Positions 35,575 through 44,697 of a stretch of 64,000 nt of DNA are shown here, in pieces. This DNA is from Longimicrobiales bacterium (GTDB taxonomy: Bacteria > Gemmatimonadota > Gemmatimonadetes > Longimicrobiales > Gaopeijiaceae). Location: assembly GCA_965221535.1 (NCBI GenBank), contig OZ244894.1, positions 2,609,059-2,673,058 of the forward strand, written 5' to 3'. A program made the position numbers and the translations under genes. Within the stretch, counting starts at the first letter, position 1. Each line of letters starts with the position of its first letter. Below the pieces are notes generated by a model, which did no database searches, was not told the DNA's origin, and saw only the letters and a list, made by a program, of their open reading frames with translations.

Positions 35575-37072
35575 GAGCCTTGTGCACGCCGGCGCCGACG
35601 GCGACGTGGCGCTGTCGGCGCCGGGGCGGCCCGACCTGACCTACGGGGGACTGCGGCGGCAGGTGGAGGCCACGGTGGCGGCGCTCAACGAGCGCGGGAT
35701 CGGGCGCAACGACCGGGTGGCGATCGTGCTGCCGAACGGGCCCGAGATGGCGAGCGCATTCGTGGCGATCGCGGCGGGGGCGACGACCGCGCCGCTCAAC
35801 CCGGGGTACCGGCGCCCCGAGTTCGAGTTCTACTTGCAGGACCTGGGAGCCAGGGCGGTGGTGCTGGCCGAGGGCGACGACTCGCCGGCCCGGGCGGCGG
35901 CAGCCGCGCTCGGGGTCGAGGCCATGGACATCCGGGCCGAGCCGGGCAGCCCGGCAGGCACCTTTTCCTTCGTGGGCGCGCCCGGGGGCGGAGCCGCTGC
36001 GCGCGGGGGCATGGCCGGGCCCGACGACGTCGCGCTGGTTCTCCATACATCGGGCACAACGTCGCGACCCAAGATCGTGCCACTGCTTCACCGCAACGTC
36101 TGCGCCACGGCAGACAACATTGTGCGCACGCTGCGGCTGGTGCGCGGAGACCGCTGCCTGAACGTGATGCCGCTCTTTCACATTCACGGGCTGATGGCGT
36201 GCGTGCTGTCGACGCTGCGCGCGGGGGCGAGCGTGTACTGCGCCCCGGGGTTCAACGCGCTCAGGATCTTTGCGTGGCTCGCCGACGCCGACCCGACGTG
36301 GTATTCGGCGGTGCCCACGATGCACCAGGCGATTCTGGCGCGGGCGGGGCGGAATGCGGACGTGGTCGAGGGGCTGCGGCTGCGCTTGATCCGGTCGTCG
36401 TCGGCGGCGCTGCCTTCGCGGGTGATGGGCGAGCTGGAGGAGGCGTTCGGGGCGCCGGTCGTGGAGGCGTACGCCATGACCGAGGCCGCCCACCAGATGA
36501 CGTGCAACCCGCTGCCGCCCGCGCCCCGCAAGCCGGGGACGGTGGGTGTCGCGGCGGGCCCGGAGGTGGCGGTGATGGACGCCGGCGGCAGGCTGCTGGG
36601 GCCGGGGGAAGAGGGCGAGATCGTGATCCGGGGGCCGAACGTGACGCCGGGCTACGAGAACAACGAGGCGGCGAACCGCGAGGCCTTCGCGGGCGGGTGG
36701 TTCCGCACCGGCGATCAGGGCCTCTGCGACGACGACGGGTACTTCACGATCACGGGGCGCCTGAAGGAGATCATCAACCGGGGCGGCGAGAAGATTTCGC
36801 CGCGCGAGGTTGACGAGGTGCTGATGGAGCACCCCGCCGTGCAGCAGGTGGTCACGTTCGCGATGCCGCACCCGAAGCTGGGCGAAGAGGTGGCGGCGGC
36901 GGTGGTGCTGCGCGACGGGATGCAGGCGGCCCCGGGCGAGGTGCGCGAGTTCGCGGCGGCGAGGCTGGCGGGGTTCAAGGTGCCGCGCAAGGTGCTGGTG
37001 CTGGACGAGATCCCGAAGGGGCCGACGGGCAAGCTGCGCAGGATCGGGCTGGCGGAGCAGCTGGGGCTGTGA
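35555..37072 (+). CDS. AMP-dependent synthetase/ligase (acyl-CoA synthetase/ANL superfamily)
   Basis: ORF 35531..37072, with ATG 35555 (MTFLDIPSL…). Motifs LHTSGTTSRPK, GYENNEAAN, GWFRTGDQG, KISPREVD and the terminal Lys (GKLRR). Confidence 0.85.
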   Translation: MTFLDIPSLVHAGADGDVALSAPGRPDLTYGGLRRQVEATVAALNERGIGRNDRVAIVLPNGPEMASAFVAIAAGATTAPLNPGYRRPEFEFYLQDLGARAVVLAEGDDSPARAAAAALGVEAMDIRAEPGSPAGTFSFVGAPGGGAAARGGMAGPDDVALVLHTSGTTSRPKIVPLLHRNVCATADNIVRTLRLVRGDRCLNVMPLFHIHGLMACVLSTLRAGASVYCAPGFNALRIFAWLADADPTWYSAVPTMHQAILARAGRNADVVEGLRLRLIRSSSAALPSRVMGELEEAFGAPVVEAYAMTEAAHQMTCNPLPPAPRKPGTVGVAAGPEVAVMDAGGRLLGPGEEGEIVIRGPNVTPGYENNEAANREAFAGGWFRTGDQGLCDDDGYFTITGRLKEIINRGGEKISPREVDEVLMEHPAVQQVVTFAMPHPKLGEEVAAAVVLRDGMQAAPGEVREFAAARLAGFKVPRKVLVLDEIPKGPTGKLRRIGLAEQLGL

Positions 37073-38073
37073 AGGTCGCGATCTACGGCGCGGGGGCGAC
37101 GGGCGGGTACCTGGGGGTGAAGCTGGCGCTGGCCGGGATCGACACCACCCTGATCGCTCGGGGGCCTCATCTAGAGGCCATGCAGCGCAGCGGGGCGCGG
37201 CTGCGAATCGACGGCGAGGAGCTGGTCGCGCGCCCCTTCTGCACCGACGACCCGGCCCAGGCGGGACCGCAGGACTACGTGATCATCACGCTCAAGGCGC
37301 ACTCGGCGACGCGCGTGGTCGACGCCATGCAGCCGCTTCTGGGGCCGGACACGGCGGTGGTGACCGCGCAGAACGGCGTGCCGTGGTGGTTCTTCCACGG
37401 CATTGGCGGCAAGTGGGAGGGGCTGCGCCTGGAGAGCGTCGATCCTGGCGGCCGCCAGTGGGACGGGATCGGTCCGGAGCGCGCGATCGGCTGCGTGGTG
37501 TACCCCGCGACCGAGATCGTCGAGCCGGGGGTGATCCGGCATTCCAGCGGCAACAAGTTCAGCCTGGGCGAGCCGACCGGCGGGAAGACGGAGCGGATCA
37601 GGGCGCTGAGCCGCGCGCTTGCCGAGGCCGGGCTGCGCGCGCCGGTGCGGCGGATCCGCGAGGAGATCTGGGTGAAGCTGCTGGGCAACGTGTGCTTCAA
37701 CCCCATCAGCGCGCTCACCCTGGCCACGCTGGACCGGGTCGCGACCGAGCCCGGCACGCGGGGCGTTGCGCGCGCGATGATGCTCGAGACGCGCGCGATC
37801 GGCGAGGCGCTGGGCGTCCGCTTCCGGCTCGACGTGGAGCGGCGGATCGACGGGGCGGCGGCCGTGGGCGCGCACCGCACGTCGATGCTGCAGGACCTGG
37901 AGAGGGGCCGCGCGATGGAGATCGACGCGCTAGTGGCCTCGGTGCAGGAGCTGGGGCGGGTGGTGGGGGTGCCGACGCCGACCCTCGACGTGGTGCTCGC
38001 GCTGGTGCGGCAGCGGGCCGGGGTGGCGGGGCTCGACCCGTCGGCGACCGGGGTGGCCGGGCTCGGCCCGTGA
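37069..38073 (+). CDS. panE: 2-dehydropantoate 2-reductase (ketopantoate reductase, PanE/ApbA)
   Basis: ORF 37069..38073. GTG overlaps the upstream stop (GTGA). MKVAIYGAGATGGYLG, KLLGNVCFNP, SMLQDLERGRAMEIDA. Confidence 0.85.
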   Translation: MKVAIYGAGATGGYLGVKLALAGIDTTLIARGPHLEAMQRSGARLRIDGEELVARPFCTDDPAQAGPQDYVIITLKAHSATRVVDAMQPLLGPDTAVVTAQNGVPWWFFHGIGGKWEGLRLESVDPGGRQWDGIGPERAIGCVVYPATEIVEPGVIRHSSGNKFSLGEPTGGKTERIRALSRALAEAGLRAPVRRIREEIWVKLLGNVCFNPISALTLATLDRVATEPGTRGVARAMMLETRAIGEALGVRFRLDVERRIDGAAAVGAHRTSMLQDLERGRAMEIDALVASVQELGRVVGVPTPTLDVVLALVRQRAGVAGLDPSATGVAGLGP

Positions 38074-38136
38074 GCGACCGGGGGTGCGGGGCTCGACCCG
38101 TCGGCGACCGGGGTGCGGGGCTCGGCCCGTCAGCCT
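38017..38136. repeat. About 4 tandem ~30-bp GC-rich repeats spanning the panE 3' end, the intergenic region and the NRAMP stop
   Basis: ACCGGGGTG(G)C(C)GGGGCTCG(A/G)CCCGT(C/G)AGCG repeated. It encodes ATGVAGL(D/G)P in the panE tail. Confidence 0.7.
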
Positions 38137-39563
38137 CCGAACAGGGCCACGTTGAAGATCCTGCCCAGGATTAGGACCAGGCTCATTCCGGTGAACACCA
38201 CGATGCTGATCCAGGTGAAGGCCCGCGCAAACCGCGACGGGTAGAAGTGCGGGTCGTCCTTCGGGATCACCTTGAGGCAGTAGTGGAAGTTGAGGCAGAA
38301 GATGACCGGCGCCACGAAGTAGGCCAGCGCCGAAGCCACGAGCACCAGATGCACCGGGCGGGGCATGCCCGCGATGATGGCGACCGAGGCGACCAGCGAG
38401 AACAGCATGGTGGCGCGGTAGATGTTGTACTCCGAGCAACAGCGTCGGCGGTGGTCGGGGGTGAGCCGGTCGGCGGCGGTCCCCGCGAGCGCCGCGGTCG
38501 GGCGGAAGAGGTTGCGGCAGCACGCGCCCACGATGCGGGGCCAGCCGTCGAAGTAGTTGAAGGCGGTCGTGAAGGTCGCGGCGAAGGCGCCGAGCATGAA
38601 GACGGTCATCATCCAGGGGCCGACGCTCTCGGTGAAGATGCCCGCGATCTCGCCCATCACCGCCCGCCCCTCGACCGGGTTGGGGTAGAGCCAGACGGCG
38701 GCCAGCAGCACGAAGATGGTCGCGATCACGAACGACACCGCGTGGCCGAGCCGGAAGTCCCAGATGCTGATGCGGAAGCAGCGGCGGCTGTACTCCACGG
38801 CCCGCTCCGGCAGCCCGCGCACGTCGACCGCGAGGTCCGACGCCCTGGGCGAGAACGCGTCGAAGGCGGGCGCGAGCCCGGCGGCCTCGAGCCGCCCCCG
38901 GATCCTGGCCATCCCCGTGCGCTTGGCCTTGCCCCATTCGGACGCCTGCAGAGACACGTCGATGCCGGTGGGAAGCAGGCCGAGGAAGCCGGCGATCACC
39001 AGCCACGACCCCTCCGGCGCGTCGAAGATCAGAAAGTGCCGGAGCTCGCCGATCGGCGCGGGGCGCACGAAATACACGACCACTGCCGATGCGAAGAGCA
39101 GCCCGCCGGCGATCTTGGCCCCCGCTTCGAGCGCCGCGTACCTGCCCCACAGCAGGATGGCCACCGACGCCGCGCCGAGCAGCGCGCCCCATCCCCAGAG
39201 CGGCACCCCGAGCCCCAGCTGCGTCGAGAACAGGTAGTAGAGCACCGCCGCGGCCGCGATCAGTCTTCCCGCCTGCCCCACCGCGCACTGCACGATCGTG
39301 GTGACCAGCACGTACCAGACGGGCAGCTTGCCCGGCGCGGTCGCGTACGCCGCCATCAGGCTCTTGCCAGTGGCGTTGGTGAAGCGGAAGGCCAGCTCGA
39401 AGCCGTAGTACTTGAAGACGTAGGCGAGCAGCACGCACCAGAGCAGCGCGAATTCGAAGCGACCGCCCGCGGTCGGCGCCGTGACCAGGTGGCTCGTCCC
39501 GATCCCCGTCATCATCAGGATCATGCCCGGCCCGAACTGGCGCAGCAGGCTGCGCGGCCTCAT
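38130..39563 (-). CDS. mntH: NRAMP-family divalent metal (Mn2+/Fe2+) transporter (MntH-like)
   Basis: Sub-range of ORF 38130..39728, with ATG 39563 (MRPRSLLRQFGPGMILMMTGIGTSHLV…). Eleven to twelve TMs; conserved DPGN-like region degenerate (…MMTGIG…). Confidence 0.75.
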   Translation of the reverse strand: MRPRSLLRQFGPGMILMMTGIGTSHLVTAPTAGGRFEFALLWCVLLAYVFKYYGFELAFRFTNATGKSLMAAYATAPGKLPVWYVLVTTIVQCAVGQAGRLIAAAAVLYYLFSTQLGLGVPLWGWGALLGAASVAILLWGRYAALEAGAKIAGGLLFASAVVVYFVRPAPIGELRHFLIFDAPEGSWLVIAGFLGLLPTGIDVSLQASEWGKAKRTGMARIRGRLEAAGLAPAFDAFSPRASDLAVDVRGLPERAVEYSRRCFRISIWDFRLGHAVSFVIATIFVLLAAVWLYPNPVEGRAVMGEIAGIFTESVGPWMMTVFMLGAFAATFTTAFNYFDGWPRIVGACCRNLFRPTAALAGTAADRLTPDHRRRCCSEYNIYRATMLFSLVASVAIIAGMPRPVHLVLVASALAYFVAPVIFCLNFHYCLKVIPKDDPHFYPSRFARAFTWISIVVFTGMSLVLILGRIFNVALFGG

Positions 39564-39763
39564 GTCGGGGATCCGCAGGTCGTCGAACGAGTCGGGCGCG
39601 GGCGACGCGGGGGCGGCGGGGTCGGCCGGGTCGGCGGGGCTGGACGCGGGCGACGCAGGGGCGCGGCGGCTGGACGAGGCGGACAAGGGGCGACTCCGGC
39701 TCACGGTGGCTGATCGGGGAACGGTCACGTCACGGTAGGCGCCGGGGGATTGCGCGGCAAACC

Positions 39764-39873
39764 CCGGCGGCCCGTCCGGGCCGCCGGGCAGCCGCCCTTT
39801 CCCCCGGCCCCCGGAAGTGATACGATGGCCCCCGTCTTGACAGCGGCCCGCCGTCCGTCGCCGGACGGCGGGC
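39764..39873. promoter_or_regulatory. Two perfect GC-rich palindromes/hairpins in the divergent intergenic region between the NRAMP and GltD-like genes
   Basis: 39764-39787 CCGGCGGCCC-GTCC-GGGCCGCCGG (10-bp stem). 39846-39873 GCCCGCCGTCCG-TCGC-CGGACGGCGGGC (12-bp stem). A TTGACA lies at 39836. Confidence 0.5.
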
Positions 39874-39907
39874 CATCGAATCCCGCCCCGCAGCCCCTCA
39901 GCCCCCC

Positions 39908-41737
39908 GTGCTCAAGCCGACCGACACGACCGACCCGAGCCACTACCACCGCGTCGTGGACTGCCAGTGGGGCTGCCCGGCCCACACCAACGTCCCCGAG
40001 TACATCCGGCTCATCGCCAACGGCCACTACACCGAGTCGTACCTGCTCAACCGCAAGTCGAACGTCTTCCCCGGGATCCTCGGGCGAACCTGCGACCGCC
40101 CCTGCGAGCCGGTGTGCCGGCGCGTGCGGCTGGACGGCGAGCCCGTGGCCATCTGCCGGCTGAAGCGCGTCGCCGCCGACCTCCGCGACGACATCACCGG
40201 CTTCCTCCCCACGATCCCCGAGCAAAAGAACGGCAGGCGGATCGCCTGCGTGGGGGCCGGCGCCGCGTCGCTCACGGTGGCCAACGACCTCCTGCCGCTC
40301 GGCTACGAGGTCACGATCTTCGAGAAGCTGGCCAAGCCAGGCGGCCTCATGTGGACCAACATCCCCGAGTTCCGGCTCCCCGCCAAGGTCCTCTGGGAGG
40401 AGATCGACTACATCCTGGACATGGGCGTGGACTTGCGCTTGGACAGCCCCGTCGACAGCCTCGCCGCGCTGCTTGAAGAGAACTACGACGCCGTGTTCAT
40501 CGGCTCGGGCGCGCCCAAGGGCAAGGAGCTGAACCTGCCCGGCCGCTGGGAGCCCGAGGGGATCCACATCGGGATCGAGTGGCTCGAGTCGGTGCGCTTC
40601 GGCCACATCGAGAAGTGCGGCGACCGCGTGCTGGTGATCGGCGTCGGCAACACCGCCATGGACTGCTGCCGCACCGCGCAGCGCCTGGGCGCGAGCGACG
40701 TCAAGGTCATGGCGCGCAAGACCAAGCCCCACTTCAAGGCGTCGCCGTGGGAGCTCGAGGACGCGATCGAGGAGCGCGTCGAGATCCTGGAGAACCACTC
40801 GCCTTCGCGCTTCATCGTCGAGGACGGCAAGCTGGCGGCGATGGAGTTCGAGCTCGTCACCTGGCTCCCCGACGACAGCGGGCGACTCAAGGCGACGGTC
40901 CACGACCGCAAAGTCATCGAGTGCGACGAGGTGATCCTCGCAATCGGGCAGGACACCGCGTTCCCCTGGATCGAGCGCGACATCGGCATCGAATTCAACG
41001 AGTGGGACATGCCGATCGTCGACAAGACCACCTTCATGACCTCGCGTCCCGGCGTCTTCGCGGGGGGCGACGCCGCGTGGGGGCCCGAGAACATCATCTG
41101 GGCGGTCGAGCACGGGCATCAGGCGGCCATCTCGATCCACGCCTACTGCGAGGGCAGGTCGCTGACGGACCGCCCGCCCGAGGGCATGAACCTGGTCAGC
41201 CAGAAGATGGGGCTGCACGAGTGGTCGTATTCCAACGACTACGACGAGGCCGAGCGCGTCAAGATGCGCCACGTCGACCTGCAGGAGCGCTTCAAGCGCC
41301 TGGACATCGAGGTCGAGGAGGGGTTCGACTTCGAGCAGACGCTCACCGAGGTGGAGCGTTGTCTCAACTGCGACATTCAAACACACTTCGAAGCACATTT
41401 GTGCATCGAGTGCGACGCCTGCGTCGACGTCTGCCCTCTCGATTGCCTTACGATCACCCCAAACGGGGCCGAGGAAGAGGTGGTCGGCCGCCTCACGGCT
41501 CCGCTCCTGAACCCGGACGAGCCTCTCTACGTGTCGGAAGCGCTTCCGCAGACCGGACGGATCATGGTAAAGGACGAGGACCTGTGCATTCACTGCGGCC
41601 TTTGCGCCGAGCGGTGCCCCACGGCGGCCTGGGACATGCGCAAGTCCGACCTGCTCGTGCCGTACGCCGGCCTGCAAGCGGGCGAGGCGCATCCGAGCCC
41701 CCTGTCGGTGGTGCTTGCGGGCACGGGGATCGGGTGA
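39908..41737 (+). CDS. GltD-like NAD(P)H-dependent FAD oxidoreductase (glutamate synthase small-subunit family) with extra C-terminal 2x[4Fe-4S] ferredoxin domain
   Basis: ORF 39908..41737 (GTG start). N-terminal Cys cluster, GAGAASL (FAD), VIGVGNTAMDC (NAD(P)H), C-terminal CIECDACVDVCP…CIHCGLCAERCP. Confidence 0.8.
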   Translation: MLKPTDTTDPSHYHRVVDCQWGCPAHTNVPEYIRLIANGHYTESYLLNRKSNVFPGILGRTCDRPCEPVCRRVRLDGEPVAICRLKRVAADLRDDITGFLPTIPEQKNGRRIACVGAGAASLTVANDLLPLGYEVTIFEKLAKPGGLMWTNIPEFRLPAKVLWEEIDYILDMGVDLRLDSPVDSLAALLEENYDAVFIGSGAPKGKELNLPGRWEPEGIHIGIEWLESVRFGHIEKCGDRVLVIGVGNTAMDCCRTAQRLGASDVKVMARKTKPHFKASPWELEDAIEERVEILENHSPSRFIVEDGKLAAMEFELVTWLPDDSGRLKATVHDRKVIECDEVILAIGQDTAFPWIERDIGIEFNEWDMPIVDKTTFMTSRPGVFAGGDAAWGPENIIWAVEHGHQAAISIHAYCEGRSLTDRPPEGMNLVSQKMGLHEWSYSNDYDEAERVKMRHVDLQERFKRLDIEVEEGFDFEQTLTEVERCLNCDIQTHFEAHLCIECDACVDVCPLDCLTITPNGAEEEVVGRLTAPLLNPDEPLYVSEALPQTGRIMVKDEDLCIHCGLCAERCPTAAWDMRKSDLLVPYAGLQAGEAHPSPLSVVLAGTGIG

Positions 41738-43608
41738 TGGCCATGCAACCGGAGACCTTCGCGGCCAGCCCGAACGGCGGGCCGCCGACCCACCGCGTGA
41801 ACGACCTCGCCTTCAAGATCGGCACCGTAAACGGCACTGGCTCGGCCAGCGCCAACGGGCTGCTGCGGCGCGCCATCTTCCGCATGGGCATCCCCGTTTC
41901 GGGCAAGAACCTCTTCCCGTCCAACATCCAGGGGCTGCCCACGTGGTACGAGATCCGGGCCAACGCCCGCGGGCACACCGCGCGGACCGCCCGCTTCGAC
42001 CTGATCGTGGCCATGAACCCGGCCACCTACGCCCGCGACGTCGCCGAAGTCACCCAGGGCGGCTGGGTCGTGTACGACTCGACCTGGCCGCTGCCCCGCG
42101 AGCTCGCCCGCGACGACGTGACCTTCCTGGGCGTCCCGCTCGCGAAGATGACGGTGGACAACTTCGACGGGTCGCGCGTGCGGATCCTGATGAAGAACAT
42201 CTGCTACGTGGGCGCGCTGGCCGCGCTGCTCGAGATCGATCTGGACGTCGTGCGGGGGCTGCTCAAGGAGACCTTCGCGGCCAAGGCCAAGCTGCTCGAC
42301 GCCAACTACCTCGCGATCGACCTGGGCTACAAGTACGCGCGGGAGCACTTCGACTGCCCCCTGCCCGTGCGCCTCGCGCCCATGGACGGCAACAGGGACT
42401 CGATCGTGATCGACGGCAACACCGCGGCGGCGCTCGGGTGCGTGTACGCGGGCGCGACCGTGGCCGCATGGTACCCGATCACGCCGTCCACCTCGCTGGT
42501 CGACGCGTTCACCGCGTTCTGCCACCAGTTCCGCAAGGACCCGAAAACCGGCAGGAACCGCTTCTCGATCATCCAGGCCGAAGACGAACTGGCGGCTGCG
42601 GGCATGGTGATCGGGGCCGCGTGGGCGGGCGCGCGCGCCTTCACCTCGACGAGCGGGGCCGGTCTCTCGCTGATGGGCGAGTTCATCGGGCTGGCCTACT
42701 ACGCCGAGGTGCCGTCGGTGTTCTTCGATGTGCAGCGCGTGGGGCCCTCGACCGGGATGCCCACCCGCACCCAGCAGGGCGACATCCAGTTCGCCGCCTA
42801 CGCTTCGCACGGCGACACCAGGCACATCGTCATCTTCCCCGCCAACCCGCACGAGTGCTTCGACTTCGCGGTCAAGGCGTTCGATCTGGCCGAGCGGTTC
42901 CAGACGCCGGTGTTCGTCCTGTCGGACCTCGACATCGGGATGAACGACTGGGTCGTGCCGAAGCTGGAATGGGACGACGCCTACCGGCCCGACCGGGGCA
43001 AGGTGCTGACGGCCGAGGAGCTGGAGGCCGCGACGGGCCCCTTCCACCGCTACCTCGACGTGGACGGCGACGGAATCCCGTGGCGCACGCTGCCGGGCAT
43101 TCACCCCAAGGGCGCCTTCCTGACGCGCGGCTCGGGCCACGACCGCTACGGCAACTACACCGAGGATTCGGAGCCGTACGCGGACGTCCTGGCGCGGGTC
43201 GGGCGCAAGATCGAGGGCGCGGCCCGCCACCTTCCCGCGCCCGAGATCCGGCTGCGCGAAGGCGCGAAGATCGGCCTCGTGACGATCGGCGGATGCCGCG
43301 GCGCCGTGCTCGAGGCGGTCGACGAGCTAGCCGAGCGCGGCGTCGAGGCCGACTACATGCGCATCCGCGCGTTCCCGTTCCACCCCGACGTCGAGCCCTT
43401 CCTGGCCGCGCACGACGTCAACTTCGTGATCGAGCAGAACCGCGACGGGCAGCTGCGCAAGCTGCTGATCGCCGAGACCGAAGCCGAGAAGCGCGCTCTG
43501 GTGTCGATCCGCTACTACGGCGGCTACCCCATGAGCTGCCACCACGTGATGGACGGGCTCGCCCCCCACATCAAGGCGGCGCCGGCGCTCGAAGGAGCAG
43601 CCCCATGA
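41737..43608 (+). CDS. korA: 2-oxoglutarate/2-oxoacid:ferredoxin oxidoreductase alpha subunit (KorA, fused gamma-alpha)
   Basis: Tail of ORF 40579..43608. ATG 41737 overlaps the upstream stop (TGATG). MAMQPETFA…; the 2-oxoacid:ferredoxin oxidoreductase alpha domain is recognisable by eye. Confidence 0.85.
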   Translation: MAMQPETFAASPNGGPPTHRVNDLAFKIGTVNGTGSASANGLLRRAIFRMGIPVSGKNLFPSNIQGLPTWYEIRANARGHTARTARFDLIVAMNPATYARDVAEVTQGGWVVYDSTWPLPRELARDDVTFLGVPLAKMTVDNFDGSRVRILMKNICYVGALAALLEIDLDVVRGLLKETFAAKAKLLDANYLAIDLGYKYAREHFDCPLPVRLAPMDGNRDSIVIDGNTAAALGCVYAGATVAAWYPITPSTSLVDAFTAFCHQFRKDPKTGRNRFSIIQAEDELAAAGMVIGAAWAGARAFTSTSGAGLSLMGEFIGLAYYAEVPSVFFDVQRVGPSTGMPTRTQQGDIQFAAYASHGDTRHIVIFPANPHECFDFAVKAFDLAERFQTPVFVLSDLDIGMNDWVVPKLEWDDAYRPDRGKVLTAEELEAATGPFHRYLDVDGDGIPWRTLPGIHPKGAFLTRGSGHDRYGNYTEDSEPYADVLARVGRKIEGAARHLPAPEIRLREGAKIGLVTIGGCRGAVLEAVDELAERGVEADYMRIRAFPFHPDVEPFLAAHDVNFVIEQNRDGQLRKLLIAETEAEKRALVSIRYYGGYPMSCHHVMDGLAPHIKAAPALEGAAP

Positions 43609-44678
43609 GCTACATCAAGAAGCCCCGCGTCCACCACCCCGGGCTGGCCCGCAACCGGCTCGGACTCACCCGGCGCGACTACGAGGGCACCATGTCCACC
43701 CTGTGCGCGGGGTGCGGCCACGACTCGATCACCGCCTCGATCATCGAAGCCTTCTGGAAGCTCGAGATCGCGCCCCACGAGGTGGCCAAGACGTCGGGCA
43801 TCGGCTGCAGCGGCAAGACGCCGCAGTACTTCCTCAAGGAGGCGCACGGGTTCAACGGCGTCCACGGGCGCATGCCGTCGATCACCACCGGCGCGCACGC
43901 GGCCAACCGCAGGCTCGTCTGCGTCGGCGTCTCGGGCGACGGCGACAGCCTGTCGATCGGCATGGGCCAGTTCGCGCACGTCGTGCGGCGCAACGTGGAC
44001 ATGCTCTACATCATCGAGAACAACGGCGTGTACGGGCTCACGAAAGGGCAGTTCTCGGCGTCGGCCGACGTCGGCTCCACCGCCAAGCGCGGCCAGATCA
44101 ACCGCGAGCACCCCATCGACTCCGTCCTCCTCGGCCTGAACCTGGGCGCGGGATTCGTCGCCAGGAGCTTCTCGGGCGACAAGGACCAGCTCGTCCCCAT
44201 CATCAAGGCGGGCCTGCGCCACCGTGGATTTGCGCTGATCGACGTGATCTCGCCGTGCGTCACCTTCAACGACCACCGCGGCTCGACCAAGAGCTACCAG
44301 TACACGCGCGACAACTACAACCAGCTGGTCTACGCCGACTTCGTTCCGCCCGCCGAAGAGATCGCCACCTCGATCGAATCAGGCGACGCGCGCACCGTCG
44401 CCATGCACGACGGCAGCCGGATCGCGTTCCGCAAGGTGCCCGAGGACTACGACCCCACCGACCGCGACCAGGTGTACAGCTACATCAGAGAGCGGCAGCG
44501 CGCGGGCGAGGTGGCCACGGGTCTGCTCTACGTCGAGCCGGCCCCTCGCGACGGCGCCGACGCAGTCGACTTCCACGGCCTCCAGGGCACCGTCGACGAA
44601 CCGCTGTCGAGCTACCCGTTCGAGGATCTGTGCCCCGGCGCCGAGAAGCTGGAGAAGCTGCAAGCGCGGTTTCGGTAG
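43605..44678 (+). CDS. korB: 2-oxoglutarate/2-oxoacid:ferredoxin oxidoreductase beta subunit (KorB, TPP-binding)
   Basis: Tail of ORF 41715..44678. AAGGAG, 7-nt spacer, then ATG 43605 (ATGA overlap with korA). CAGCGHD, GDGDSLSIG (TPP). Confidence 0.85.
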   Translation: MSYIKKPRVHHPGLARNRLGLTRRDYEGTMSTLCAGCGHDSITASIIEAFWKLEIAPHEVAKTSGIGCSGKTPQYFLKEAHGFNGVHGRMPSITTGAHAANRRLVCVGVSGDGDSLSIGMGQFAHVVRRNVDMLYIIENNGVYGLTKGQFSASADVGSTAKRGQINREHPIDSVLLGLNLGAGFVARSFSGDKDQLVPIIKAGLRHRGFALIDVISPCVTFNDHRGSTKSYQYTRDNYNQLVYADFVPPAEEIATSIESGDARTVAMHDGSRIAFRKVPEDYDPTDRDQVYSYIRERQRAGEVATGLLYVEPAPRDGADAVDFHGLQGTVDEPLSSYPFEDLCPGAEKLEKLQARFR

Positions 44679-44697
44679 GGGGATGTCCCAGCCCCCT
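44678..44697. terminator. Weak GC hairpin between convergent korB and membrane-protein genes
   Basis: GGGGG-atgtcccag-CCCCC. No clear U-tract. Confidence 0.25.

Noticed and set aside
39564-39728. N-terminal 55-aa extension of the NRAMP ORF (MTVPRSATVSRSRPLSASSSRRAPASPASS…)
   Set aside because: It is low-complexity Ser/Pro/Ala-rich with no TM. The family-typical N-terminus begins at M56 (ATG 39563). The region is more likely 5' UTR, possibly a structured leader.
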